64,000 nucleotides of DNA from an uncultured Solirubrobacteraceae bacterium (GTDB lineage Bacteria > Actinomycetota > Thermoleophilia > Solirubrobacterales > Solirubrobacteraceae), in the NCBI GenBank assembly GCA_963699425.1, contig CAVOTS010000003.1, positions 900,940 to 964,939 of the forward strand. The letters run 5' to 3'. The translations under genes and the position numbers were made by a program. The notes beneath the pieces were generated by a model. The model made no database searches. It was not told the origin of the DNA and saw only the letters and a program-made list of their open reading frames with translations. This document shows positions 1-11,343 of the stretch, piece after piece. Position 1 is the stretch's first letter. Each line of letters starts with the position of its first letter.

Positions 1-1
1 C

Positions 2-128
2 AAAAAAGAGACGCGGTCCCGAGCCGTTCGAGGAACCTCTCCGGGTTCCGGCCCGAGGGCCTTCTCTCGGTCGGTGGCGCGGCCTCACACCTCGTGGCCT
101 CGCTCTTGGCGGCTCGGTGCCGCGTCTG
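2..128 (-). ncRNA. Candidate structured small RNA or leader, family not recognised
   Basis: 9-26 and 110-127 are 16/18 complementary and close three inner hairpins; T6 run follows on the minus strand; TTGCGC-N18-TAAGTT (164-135) lies just upstream. Confidence 0.45.
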
Positions 129-279
129 AGAGGCAACTTATGCAGCCGTCCCTGCGAAGCGCAAGGGGGTCGTGCGCGACAATCCCGCATCCTCCGAAAA
201 AAGTTCAGAACGCGCTCGCCCGGCCGCTGATCCCGGCGCGAGTTCAGGGGCCGTTAAGGCTCGCTGCCACAATGAACAC

Positions 280-1190
280 GTGGATGAGCTGAGCCCATAC
301 GCAGGTGCCCGTGCGGGAGACCGCCTTCGCGCTGCCGGCGCGCCGCGCCCCGAGAAGTCGTCGCGGCGCCCGCACAGCCGCAGCGAGCGCACGCAGTCGC
401 GGCGGACTGCGCGGCCGGATCGCGAGCGCCGGCTCGGCGATCGCGCTCTGGTCGCGAAGTTCTTCGCCGCGATCAAGGCGGGCCTGCTGCTGCTGCCCGA
501 AGCGAAGCTGCTGACCACGTCGGGGACCGCGCTGGTCTCCGTCGCCGCGTACTCGCTGTTCTGGGGCTGGCCGTTCGCGGCCGGGTTCGTGCTGCTGATC
601 TTCGTCCACGAGATGGGCCACGTGATCGCGCTGCGGCGCGAGGGCATCAAGGCCAGCGCGCCGATGTTCGTGCCGTTCATGGGCGCGGTGATCGCCGCCA
701 GCTCGCTCGGCGACAACGCGCTGGCCGAGGCGCGCGTCGGCCTCGCGGGGCCGGTGCTCGGCACGATCGGCGCGGCCGCCTGCTGGTCGCCGGCGAGCTG
801 ACGCACAGCGACATGCTGCAGGCGCTCGCCTACGTCGGCTTCCTGCTGAACCTCTTCAACCTGATGCCGGTCGTGCCGCTCGACGGCGGCCGGGCGATGG
901 CGGCGATGGCGCCGTGGATGTGGTTCGTCGGGCCTCGGCAGTCATGGTGGCGCTGTGCTGCTGTCACCCAACCCGATCCTGCTGATCATCCTGCTGTCGG
1001 CGCGCTGGAGACCTGGCGCCGCTGGAAGGCCGCGCCGACGCGATCGCTCGAGCAGGCCGCCTACTACCGCGTAGCCCGCGCGACCGCCTGCTCGTCGGCC
1101 TGGTCTACATCGGGCTGATCGCTGCTGCTGGCGTTCGGCATGGACGAGACCACGTGCTCGCCTCCGGCGGGCACATCGCTTCGGCTCGAT
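280..1190 (+). CDS. Site-2 protease (M50 family), frameshifted
   Basis: HEMGH in ORF 172-801 and NLMPVVPLDGG in ORF 813-1118; hydrophobic segments; GTG280 lies 6 nt after CACAAT; end approximate. Confidence 0.85.
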
Positions 1191-1676
1191 CTAGCGCCGC
1201 GCCTCGCGCACGCGCGCGTTCCATGTCGCGCTTGGTCTCGCGCTCGCGGATCGCCTCGCGCTTGTCGTGAGGTCCTTGCCGCGCGCGAGCGCGATCTCGA
1301 CCTTGGCGTGCGGGCCCGTGAAGTAGATGCCGGGTCGGCACGAGCGTCAGGCCGCGCTCACGCGCGCGGCGCTCGAGGCGGTCGAGCTCGCGGCGGTGCA
1401 GCAGCAGCTTGCGCGGGCGCTCGGGGTCGTGGTTCTCGCGCGCCGCGGGCTGCGTAGGGCGGGATGTGGACCGAGTGCAGCCACAGCTCGCCGTCGTCGG
1501 ACCGCCGCGTAGCCGTCCTTGAGCTGCGCGCCGCCGGCGCGCAGCGACTTGACCTCGGTGCCCTGCAGCACGATCCCGCACTCGAAGCGCTCGAGCAGGT
1601 GGTAGCGGTGGGCGGCGTAGCGGTTGGACGCCACGTCGCCCGCGCCGATCTTGCGCTTCTGCCCCTTCCTTGCCAT
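1191..1676 (-). CDS. smpB: SsrA-binding protein SmpB, frameshifted
   Basis: ECGIVLQGTEVKSLR, GELWLHSVHIPPY, NHDPERPRKLLLHRREL and DKREAIRERE spread over three frames. Confidence 0.93.
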
Positions 1677-1686
1677 CCGTGTGAGC

Positions 1687-3475
1687 CTAGCCCAGCGCTG
1701 GAGCAGATCGACGCGACCACGCATGGCGTCCACGCCGCTCGACCCGCACCTGCGAGCGGATCGCCCAGGCGCAGCGTCGCGCCGGTGCGCTCGCCGCGCA
1801 GGATCGTGCCCTGCTCGTTGAGCTCCCACCACTCACGCGCACCGCTCTTGGCGCTCGCAGCGCAGCGTGCGAACGGGCAGCATGCCCTCGTAGCAGCGCT
1901 CGCCTCCCTTGCGTCCGAAGGCGAGGAACGCCCCGGCGCCGATCAGCCCGGTGACCTCGCCCGCGAACGCGCGATCCCAGCCGCGCCGGAACAGCTCGCG
2001 CTCGAGCAGCAAGCAGCGCGACGATGTCGTCGGCGTCGCGCTCGAGCAGCATCGCCTCGCGCTCGCGTCTGCGAGCTCCAGGCGCCGAGCTCGGCCAGCG
2101 GCGCCGCGCTCGGGCGCCCGCTCGCCGCCACCGAGCGCGGCGAGCAGCGCGCGATGGCAGACGATGTCGGGATAGCGGCGGATCGGCGAGGTGAAGTGGC
2201 AGTAGCGCCCGCGAGTGCAGGCCGGCATGGCCGATGTTGACGCGGCGAGTAGTAGGCCTGCTGCAGCGAGCGCAGCAGCAGCGAGTCGAGCGCCCGCCGC
2301 CCATGCCCGGCGTGCGCGACGTGACGCTCGATGCCCGCCGAGATCGGGCCGACGCAGCTCCGCCGCCTGCGAGGGCGAAAGGTTCTCCGGGAGCGGCGGC
2401 GTAGGCACCTCGCAGCGACGCGAGCTGCGTCGACCAGCCGCTCAACGCGCGCGGGCTCGGGACGCTCGTGCACGCGGTACAGGCAGGGCTGCCCGCGGCG
2501 CTCGAGCAGCTCGGCGACGGCCTCGTTGGCGGCGATCATCAGGTGCTCGATCAGGCGAGTGGGACTCCGTCTGCTCGCGGCTGCGCACGGCGGTCACGTA
2601 GCCCTGCTCGTCAAAGTCGAATTCCGGCTCGGGCGTGTCGACGACGAGTGCGCCGGCGTGCTCGCGCGCGCTCACGCAGCGCCGCCTGAGGCCGCGCGCG
2701 CGAGCGCCAGCGGGGCGCCCCACGGCTCGCTCGCCTGCTCTTTGCCGGCGAGAATACGCTCGCACCCGCTCGTAGTCGAGGCGCTCGTCGGAGCGGATCA
2801 GCGACCGATAGAAGCTTGCTGCCACGCGGCGGCCGTCCTCGATCTCGAGCTCGGCGGTCACCGCGGCGCGCTCGATGCCGGGGCGCAGGCTGCACGCGTC
2901 GCTCGAGAGCGCATGCGGCAGCATCGGCTCGACGGTTCCCGGCACGTACACGCGAGTTCGCGCGGCGTCGCGCCGCCAAGTCGAGCGCGTCATCCTCGCG
3001 GACGAAGGCACTCACGTCGGCGATGTGGACATAGATCCGGGTGCGCCCACCGCCGAGATCCTCGGCGGAGATCGCGTCGTCGAAGTCGCTCGCGCCCGTC
3101 GGATCGATCGTGAAGGTGGTCAGCTCCGTGCAGGTCGCGCCGGCCGCCGCGCTCGAAGTCGCGTGCCCGTTCGCGCGCCTCGCGACTCGACGTCGTCCTC
3201 GAAGCCGCGCGGCAGCCCGCGGTCGAGCAACAGCGCCTCAACGATGTCGCGGGCAACGTCGGGGCTGCCGATGACCCGCTCGACGACGGCGCCGCGCCGG
3301 CGTCGACCGACGCGCAGCAGGACGATCTCGCCGGCCGCGGCGTGCGTCGCGTGCTGCTGCACGGTCAAGCGCCCCAGTCCCCGCTCCTCGCGCGCGAACA
3401 GCGGCGTTGCCGTCAGGAACCGGCCGGTGCGCTCGAGTAGCGCGACCGCGTGCTCGGCTGGCGGCGCTTTGCTGC
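1687..3475 (-). CDS. rnr: Ribonuclease R (RNB domain), multiply frameshifted
   Basis: [51 protein letters not shown] and a C-terminal S1-like segment; start approximate. Confidence 0.9.
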
Positions 3476-4674
3476 AACCCAGGCGCGCCGCGACGTGGTC
3501 GAGCGCCGTCTGCAGTCCGGCTTCGCCGTCGACCTTGCTCGCGTCGACCTTCACTTCGGGAATCACGCCGGCGCCCTGTTTGACGCCGCCGCCGCCGAGG
3601 TTGCGACCGTTCGGCGTGAAGTACTCGCCGACCGTGATGTCGAGCGCGCCGCCGTTCGAAAGCTCCTGCTCCTCCTGGAAGACACCCTTTCCGAAGGTGT
3701 GGGTGCCGATGACGACCGCACGGTGGTGATCCTGCAGGGCGCCGGTGAGAATCTCGGCGGCCGAGGCCGTGTTTTCGTCGACGAGCACGACCATCGGCTG
3801 GTTGGCATCGGTGATCGCGCCGGTCGCGTACTCGCGGTCTTCACCGACCGCGCGGCCCCGCATCGAGACGATCAGGCCTTTGGGGATGAAGTAGCTGGCG
3901 ATGCGCACAGATTCCTCGACGAGTCCGCCGCCGTTGGAGCGCAGGTCCAACACGATTCCTTCTGCCCCTTCGCGGCGGACTTTCTCAAGTGCTTCGTGCA
4001 CTTCGGCGGCCGAGCCCGGCGTGAACGACGCGAACTCGATGATCCCGATCTTGTGGCCTTTGACGGTCCGGACCTCGGAGGCGACCACCGGCTCCTTGAT
4101 GACGGCCCTTTCGACTGTGACCTGGGCGGGTCGGCCCGCCCGCGCCGCCGTGGCGTAGCGTGAGCACGACGCTGGTCCCCGGCTCGCCCTTGATCAGCGA
4201 GGTGGCGTGTTCGGTCGACAGCCCGGCCAGCGAGCGCCCGTCGACGCCGACGATCGTTTCGCCGGGACGAAGGCCCGCGCGCTGCGCCGGTGAGCTGTCG
4301 AAGACGTGGGCGATCAGCAGCCCTTGGTGGCTGGCCGCGACGGCGACGCCGATGCCGGTGAAGTGCGGCGGCGCGATGAAGGTGCCGAATTCGGAGGGCG
4401 AGAGATAGTGCGAGAAGCGGTCGTGCAGGCCAGCGACCATCCCGCCGATCGACGCTTCCTGCAGCTGCCCGCTGCCGATCGGCCGGTAGTAGTAGTTCTC
4501 GATCCGTTCGACGGCTTCGTCGATCGCCCGGTTGGGCCCGGAAGCAGTCAGCGAGTTGCGCACGAAGCCCGGCAGGCGGTTGGGGTGACCACCGAGCCAG
4601 ATACCGCCGATCAGCACGGCGACGAGGGCGATGACGGTGAGCGCGATCCGGCGTGCGTTCGGCGGCAGCTTCAT
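3470..4674 (-). CDS. ctpA: S41 C-terminal processing protease with PDZ domain, frameshifted near 4130
   Basis: N-terminal TM, PDZ (GIGV..SPAQRAGLRPG), LDLRSNGGG, TASAAE, TFGKG; stop apparently lost. Confidence 0.88.
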
Positions 4675-4733
4675 TTCGCAAGAGAGCCTAGAGCAGCACC
4701 CGCGGGCTGCCTGCGGGGCCATAGGCTGCCGCC

Positions 4734-6741
4734 ATGCTGCTGGGAGTCGATGTCGGGGGCACCTTCACCGACGCCGTGCTGATCGACGACGCCGGAGCCG
4801 TCTTCACGGCCAAGGTTCCGTCCAGCCCGGCCGATCAGTCGCGCGCCGTGCTCGAGGCGGCGCGGCTGGCGCTCGCCGCGAGCGGCGCGCCCGCAAGCCG
4901 GATCCGGCGCTTCGCGCACGGGATGACGGTCGCGACGAACGCGCTGCTCGAGGGAGAAACCGCCCGCACGGCGCTCGTCGCGACGGCCGGCTTCACGGAC
5001 GTGATCGAGCTCGGCCGCCAGGCGCGCCCGGACCTCTATCGGCTCGAGGTTCGCCCGCGCGAGCCGCTCGTACCCGCGCAGCTGCGCTTCCCAGCCGCCG
5101 AGCGGATCGGCCCGGAGGGGGTGCTCGAGCCGCTCACGGCCGCAGAGGCCGGCGCGTCGCCGAAGCGGTCGCCGCCGCGCAGCCCGAGGCGGTAGCCGTC
5201 GCGCTGCTGCACTCCTACGCCGACCCTTCGCATGAGCTGGCGCTGCGCGACGCGTTGCTTGACGCGCTGCCGGACGGAGTGCCGATCTCGCTCTCGAGCG
5301 AGCCGTCGGCACGTTCCGCGAGTTCGAACGGACCGCCACGACCGCGCTCGATGCCGCCTGACGCCGCTGCCTGGCTCGATACCTGCATCCGCTCGCCGAG
5401 CACTGCGCCGCCGCACAGCTGCCCGAGCCGTCGATCATGCAGTCCGCCGGGGGCCTGACGGACCTCGCGCGCGCCGCCGACCACGCCGCGCTGACGCTGC
5501 TCTCAGGGCCCGCCGGCGGGGTCGCGGGAGCCCGCGCGCTGGCGGAGCTGAGCGGCGAGCCCGACGTCGTGTGTCTCGACATGGGCGGCACGTCGTGCGA
5601 CGTCTGCGTGATCGAGGACGGCGTCGTCGGCGAGAGCGCCGAACGGGTGATCGCGCAACGTCCGCTCGCGCTCCCGTCGCTCGACATCGAGACGATCGGC
5701 GCCGGTGGCGGCTCGATCGCCTGGCGCGACGCGGGCGGCGCGCTGCGCGTCGGCCCACGCTCTGCGGGGGCGCAGCCGGGGCCGGCGTGCTACGGGCACG
5801 GCGGCGAGCTGCCGACGGTGACCGACGCGAACGTGCTGCTCGGACGGCTTCCCGCCGACACGCCGCTCGCCGGCGGCGTCAAGCTCGACCGCACGCCAGC
5901 CGAGCGGGCCATCGCCGGGCTCGCAGCCGAGCTCGGCCTGACCGCGCTCGCCTGCGCCGAGGGAATCGTTCGCGTCGCCGAGGCGGAGATGCTCGGCGCG
6001 ATCCGCCTGATGACCGTCGAGCGGGGCGTCGATCCCCGTCTGTTCGCGCTGCTCGGCTTTGGCGGCGCCGGAGGCCTGCACGCGACGGCGCTCGCCGAGC
6101 AACTGTCGATCGGGCGCGTGATCTCCCCGCGACTCGGCGGGGTGCTCTCCGCCTTCGGGCTCGCCGGCGCCGCGCCGCGCCGAGATGCCTCGCGCAGCGT
6201 GCTGCTGGCCGGCGAGCGCTTTACCGGCGCACGGCTCGATGACGTGCGGCGCAGCCTCGTTCGGCGCGCCGCCGACGAACTGGGCTCCCCGGTCGTGCGG
6301 ATGCAGCTGCGCCATGAGCTGCGCTACGGCGGCCAATCATTCGAGCTTGCGGTCGACGAGCGCACCGGCCCCGAGGGCCCGACGTCCGGACCCGAGGAGC
6401 TGCGCGAGCGCTTCGCCGCAGCGCACATGGCACGCTACGGCTACCGCGACGACGGCGCCGAGATCGAGCTCGTCACGGTGCGCGCCGCGGTCTGGGGGCA
6501 GGCGCCTCACTGCGTTCCGCACGCCCGCAGCGCGGCTCCCACGGCCTCCAGCGCCGCGAACATCGTCCTGGACGGCGAGACGCTGCGCTGCTCGGTCCTG
6601 ACCGGCGAGCGGCGAGCCGGCGAGGCGATTTCGGGGCCTGCGCTGCTCGCACTCGACGACGCGACGCTGTTGGTGCGCCCCGGCTGGTCCGGGACGGTCG
6701 ACGAGCAGGGAACGGTGCGACTGGAGCACGGCGGTGGCTGA
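4734..6741 (+). CDS. Hydantoinase/5-oxoprolinase subunit A, frameshifted 5160-5360
   Basis: GVDVGGTFTD, SGPAGG, DMGGTSCDV, IGAGGGSIA, GPRSAGAQPGPACYG. Confidence 0.9.
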
Positions 6742-8256
6742 TCGCCTGGACGCGATCGAGCTGCAGATCATGCTTGGCTCGCTGGGCGCCGCCTGCGACG
6801 AGATGGGCGCCGTGCTGATCCGTGCTGCCCACTCGTCGAACATCAAGGAGCGCCGGGACGCCTCGACCGCGCTCTTCGACGCCGACGGGCAGATGGTGAT
6901 GCAGGCGGAGCACATCCCGGTGCACCTGGGAGCGATGCCGGCGGCGGTACGAGCCGTCGTCGGCGAGCGCCACCGCGCAGGGGTCGCCTGGATCCTCAAT
7001 GACCCGTACGCCGGCGGCACCCACCTGCCCGATATCACCGTCGTCACGCCTGTGTTCGCGCGCGGCTTACTCGTCGGCTTCGCGGCCTGCCGGGCGCATC
7101 ACGCCGACGTGGGGGCGCGACGGCCGGGCTCGATGCCGGCCGACAGCCACACGCTCGCCGAAGAGGGTGTGGTGATCGACCCGCAGGTCCTCGACCAAGC
7201 CGCCGTCGAGCGGCTGACCAGCCGGATGCGACAGCCGGACGAGCGTCGCGCCGATCTGCGCGCACAGCTCGCGGCAAATGCCGTCGGTGCCCTGCGGATG
7301 CGCGCGCTCGCCGAACGCATGGGCACCGCGGCGCTGCGCGCCGCGACGGGCGAGGTACTGGACTACGGCGAGCGGCGCACACGTGCCTGCCTGCGCGAAC
7401 TCGACGGGCGCGCGCGCGGAACGCGGGACGTCCTCGAGGGGCCGGGCGGCGATCTTGAGCTGACGCTGCGGGCCGTCGTCGAGGGCGGCCACCTGACGCT
7501 CGACTTCAGCGGCAGCGCGGCCCAGCATCCCGGCAACCTCAACTGCCCGCTTGCGGTCACCGAATCGGCGTGCCTGTTCGCGCTGCGCGTGCTGACCGAC
7601 CCCGGTATCCCGCCGACGGCCGGAACACAGCGGGCGATGACCGTGATCGCGCCGGCCGGAAGCATCCTCAACGCGCGCCGGCCCGCGGCGGTTGCCGCAG
7701 GCAACGTCGAGACGTCCTCGCGGATCGCCGACATGGTGCTCACCGCGTTCGGCCGCGCCCAGGGCCAGGGGACGATGAACAACCTGACGCTCGGCGACGA
7801 GTCGTTCTCCTACTACGAGACGCTCGGCGGCGGGCAGGGCGCGAGCGCCCACGGCGACGGCGCGAGCGGCGTGCACGTCGCGATGAGCAACACGCTGAAC
7901 ACGCCGATCGAGTCGCTCGAGCGGGAATTCCCGTTGCGCGTGACCGAGTACTCGCTGCGCCGCGGCTCCGGTGGCGCAGGACTGCAGCGCGGCGGTGACG
8001 GCGTCGTACGTGAGCTCCAGGCCCTGCGGGAGATGGAGTACTCGCTGATCGCCGAGCGTCGCCGCCACCGGCCTCGCGGCGCCGGCGGCGGCGGGCCCGC
8101 GAGCAGCGGACGCGACACGATCGACGGCGAGCCGGTGCCCGCAAAGAGCGTCGGGCGCCTGCGCCCAGGCCAGCGGCTGCGGATCGAAACGCCGGGCGGC
8201 GGCGGGTTCGGGCGGGCCCCGCGCCGGGCCCCGGAAGCCGGGCCGACAGCCTCTAG
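6734..8256 (+). CDS. Hydantoinase B/5-oxoprolinase subunit B
   Basis: SSNIKERRDASTA, HIPVHLG, NDPYAGGTHLPD, GTMNN, ETPGGGGFG; end approximate because the ORF reads into the next gene. Confidence 0.9.
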
Positions 8257-8267
8257 GCTCTGGCCCA

Positions 8268-9518
8268 ATGACCGATATCCGGACCAGCATCGTTCCCGCA
8301 AACGGCCTGCCGCTCGCCCTGGTCTCGCTCCCGGGCACGCGCGCGGCCACGTTCATGGTCGCCTTCGACGCCGGTGCCCGCAACGAGAGCCCGGCCGAGA
8401 ACGGCATGGCGCACTTCCTCGAGCACCTCGTCTTCAAGGGCGGCGAGAGCTACCCGACCTACACCGACGTGAACGAGACCGCCGAGCGCCTCGGCGGCGT
8501 GCTGAACGCCTTCACCTCGCAGGACATGGTCGCCTTCCACATCACGGTCCGGGCCGAGTCTGTCGAGCCCGCGCTGGACCTGCTCAGCGACTTCGTCGGG
8601 CGACCACGCCTGGACGCCGAGGAGCTCGACCGCGAGCGCGGTGTCGTGATCCAGGAGATCAACCGCGCCTACGACCAGCCCTCGATGGTCGCCGAGTACC
8701 TGATCGACCGTGCGGCCTTCGGCGACCACCCGCTCGGGCGCACCGTGCTCGGCCCGGCGGAGAACCTGCGCAGCTTCACGCGCGAGGGAATCGTCGCCTT
8801 CCGCAACCGCTGCTGGTCGGGCGCCAACGGTGGTGCGTTCATCGCAGGCAGCCTCGACGCGCTCCCGCAGGAGCAGCGCCTACATGAGCTGCTCGCCCGT
8901 TTCCCCTCGATCACGCCGACCGGTCCGGTCGAGCCCGTCGGCGAGTTCGCGCCCGAGACGCTGATCGACGAGCGTGATACCAACCAGTCGCACCTGAGGA
9001 TGATCTACCGGCCGGCACTCGACTTTCGCGACCGTCGCGCGAGGGCAGCACTGACGATCTACTCCACGCTGCTCGGCGGCTCGATGGGCTCGCGACTGTT
9101 CGACGAGATTCGTGAGAAACGCGGCCTGTGCTACTCGGTTTCGGCCCATGCCTACGCCTCGGCCGACACGGCCGTGCTTCAGCTTTCCTCGGGCCTGGAG
9201 TCGAGCAGATGCATCGAGGCCTACGAGCGGATGAGGGGCATCGTCGACGAACTTCGCGTCGAGGGACCGCGACCCGACGAGGTCGAACGCGCGCGTGCCT
9301 ATGCGGCCGGCAGCCGCGTGCTCGCCTTCGAGAACAGCCGCGCCGTGGCGACGCACGCGGCCCGCCAGCGCGTCGTCTTCGACGAGTCCGGCGACCCCGA
9401 TGAGGCGATCGCCGACCTCGACGGCGTGACCTTCGACGAGGTCCGCGAGATCGCTGCCGGCATCTCCGTGGAGCTGGCCGTCGCTTGCGTCGGCCCCCAC
9501 GAGGCCGGCGACTTCTAG
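8268..9518 (+). CDS. M16 (pitrilysin/insulinase) zinc peptidase
   Basis: Inverted zinc motif HFLEH; GGSMGSRLFDEIREKRGLCYSV. Confidence 0.93.
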   Translation: MTDIRTSIVPANGLPLALVSLPGTRAATFMVAFDAGARNESPAENGMAHFLEHLVFKGGESYPTYTDVNETAERLGGVLNAFTSQDMVAFHITVRAESVEPALDLLSDFVGRPRLDAEELDRERGVVIQEINRAYDQPSMVAEYLIDRAAFGDHPLGRTVLGPAENLRSFTREGIVAFRNRCWSGANGGAFIAGSLDALPQEQRLHELLARFPSITPTGPVEPVGEFAPETLIDERDTNQSHLRMIYRPALDFRDRRARAALTIYSTLLGGSMGSRLFDEIREKRGLCYSVSAHAYASADTAVLQLSSGLESSRCIEAYERMRGIVDELRVEGPRPDEVERARAYAAGSRVLAFENSRAVATHAARQRVVFDESGDPDEAIADLDGVTFDEVREIAAGISVELAVACVGPHEAGDF

Positions 9519-10507
9519 CCGATCGCGACCATCCGGTCGATCGGGACCCGCGCGCGCTGCGCGGTCTGCGGATCGACCGTGACCTCGAACTTCAGCTCGC
9601 GCAGCGCATCGCGCAGCTTCGGCAGCGTGATCATCTTCATGAACTGGCACGAGGCCTCGGCGTTCGCGGCGATGAAGTTCACGTCCGGCGCCGCCTGCTG
9701 GAGCGGGTGAAGCATCCCGACCTCGGTCGCGACGACGACCTCACCGGTGGCGTGGCGCGCGAAGTCAAGCATCCCGCCCGTCGAGAGCATGTGCACGCCG
9801 ACCGGGTCGATGTCGCCGGCGGCGACGTACTCCATCACGCTCGTCGAGCAGCCGCACTCGGGGTGGATCAGCATCTGTGCGGCGGGGTGAGCGGCGCGTA
9901 CCGCGTCGATGTCCGCGGGACGAATCCCCGCGTGCACGTGGCACTCGCCGTCCCAGACGTGCATCCGCCTTCCGGTTTCCCGCTCGACGTAGGCGCCGAG
10001 CCACATGTCGGGCCCGAACAGGATCTCGGTGTCCTCGCCGTGTGTCGCGTAGATGTGGCGCACGACATCAACGGCGTTCGAGGAGGTGCAGCAGTAGTCG
10101 GTCAGCGCCTTGACCTCGGCCGTCGTGTTGACGTACATCACCACGACGCCGGTCGGGTACTTCGCCCGCCAGTCGGCGAGCTGCGCGGCATCGATCGAAT
10201 CCGCCAGCGAGCAGCCGGCGTCGAGGTCGGGGATCAGCACGCGACTCTCGGGGCAGAGGATCGCGGCCGTCTCGGCCATGAAGTGCACGCCGCAGAAGAC
10301 GATCGTCTCGGCGCCCGATCGCGCGGCCTGCCGCGAGAGCCCAAGCGAGTCGCCGACGTAGTGGGCGACGTCCTGGACCTCCGGCAGCTGGTAGTTGTGC
10401 GCGAGGATCACCGCGTTGCGCTCGCGGGCGAGCTCCCGGACCTCGTCCTGAAGCTGCACGATGTCACCGACGGAAAGCTCGTCGGCGGTAGGCGTGAGAA
10501 GCGGCAT
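9515..10507 (-). CDS. nadA: Quinolinate synthase
   Basis: ILAHNYQ, GDSLGLS, FCGVHFMAE, AGCSLAD, CHVH, HPEC. Confidence 0.95.
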   Translation of the reverse strand: MPLLTPTADELSVGDIVQLQDEVRELARERNAVILAHNYQLPEVQDVAHYVGDSLGLSRQAARSGAETIVFCGVHFMAETAAILCPESRVLIPDLDAGCSLADSIDAAQLADWRAKYPTGVVVMYVNTTAEVKALTDYCCTSSNAVDVVRHIYATHGEDTEILFGPDMWLGAYVERETGRRMHVWDGECHVHAGIRPADIDAVRAAHPAAQMLIHPECGCSTSVMEYVAAGDIDPVGVHMLSTGGMLDFARHATGEVVVATEVGMLHPLQQAAPDVNFIAANAEASCQFMKMITLPKLRDALRELKFEVTVDPQTAQRARVPIDRMVAIG

Positions 10508-11343
10508 CAGCGGGCCTCGATCGTCAGGGAGAGATCCAGTGCGGGAGCCGAGTGGGTCAGGGCTCCCATGGAGATCCATTCTACCCCCGTGGCAGCGATC
10601 GCCGGCAGCGTTTCGAGGCTGACGCCGCCGCTGGCCTCGAGGCTCGCGCGGCCGGCAACCTGCGCGACTGCGGCTGCGAGCTGCTCGTTGTCCATGTTGT
10701 CGAGCAGCAGGTGCGGCGCGCCGACCGCGAGCGCCTCGTCGATCTCCGCCGGCGTCGTCACCTCGACCTCGAGCGTCGGCGCAAGCTGCGGATATGCGGC
10801 GCGTGCGTCCTGCACCGCCGCCGAGATGGATCCGGCCGCGGCGATGTGGTTGTCCTTGATCAGGATCCTGTCGTAGAGGCCCGCGCGGTGGTTGTGCGCG
10901 CCGCCGGCCGCGACAGCCGCCTTCTCGAGCGACCGCAGTCCCGGCGCCGTCTTGCGCGTATCCAGGACCTGCGCCCGCGTCCCCGTAACGGCCTGCGCGG
11001 CCCGTGCTGCAAACGTCGCGATCCCCGAGAGGTGCGCGAGGAAGTTCAGCGCGGTTCGCTCGGCGCCGAGCACGGCGCGCGTACGCCCCTCGACGACGAG
11101 CACCGGCCCACCCTCGCGCCACTGGCCCTCCTCGGCGGCGAGCTCGACCACACAGTCCGGGTCCAGCTCACGGAACGTCGCCTGCGCGAGCTCGAGGCCG
11201 TAGATCACGCCCGGCTGCTTCTGCGTGATCGTCGCGCGCGAGCGCGCCTGCGCCGGAACCGTCGCGAGGCTCGTCACGTCACCGGCGCCGATGTCCTCCG
11301 CGAGCGCGCGCTTGACGAGCTCGAGTGTCGCCGCGTCGGTCAC
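10507..11343 (-). CDS. nadC: Quinolinate phosphoribosyltransferase
   Basis: ERTALNFL..LSGIAT, DTRKTAPG, ILIKDNH, LLDNM, EASGG. Confidence 0.95.
   Translation of the reverse strand: MTDAATLELVKRALAEDIGAGDVTSLATVPAQARSRATITQKQPGVIYGLELAQATFRELDPDCVVELAAEEGQWREGGPVLVVEGRTRAVLGAERTALNFLAHLSGIATFAARAAQAVTGTRAQVLDTRKTAPGLRSLEKAAVAAGGAHNHRAGLYDRILIKDNHIAAAGSISAAVQDARAAYPQLAPTLEVEVTTPAEIDEALAVGAPHLLLDNMDNEQLAAAVAQVAGRASLEASGGVSLETLPAIAATGVEWISMGALTHSAPALDLSLTIEAR

Noticed and set aside
1..170. tmRNA next to smpB
   Set aside because: No GGGG 5' acceptor stem, T-arm/CCA end or tag ORF was found.
3120..4088. CtpA-RNase R fusion ORF
   Set aside because: The junction at ~3475 lies in the error-rich zone; a corrupted stop/start overlap is more likely.
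780..5400. Apparent pseudogenes or recoding in M50, smpB, rnr, ctpA and oxoprolinase A
   Set aside because: Dense clustered indels in conserved genes with otherwise intact motifs are best explained by an uncorrected, low-coverage long-read assembly.
6734..8887. 717-aa oxoprolinase B overlapping the M16 gene
   Set aside because: Homology ends at ETPGGGGFG; the tail is an out-of-frame read of the M16 gene, probably from an indel near 8220.
9515..11343. nadAC without nadB
   Set aside because: The aspartate oxidase or dehydrogenase is often encoded elsewhere; one window is uninformative.
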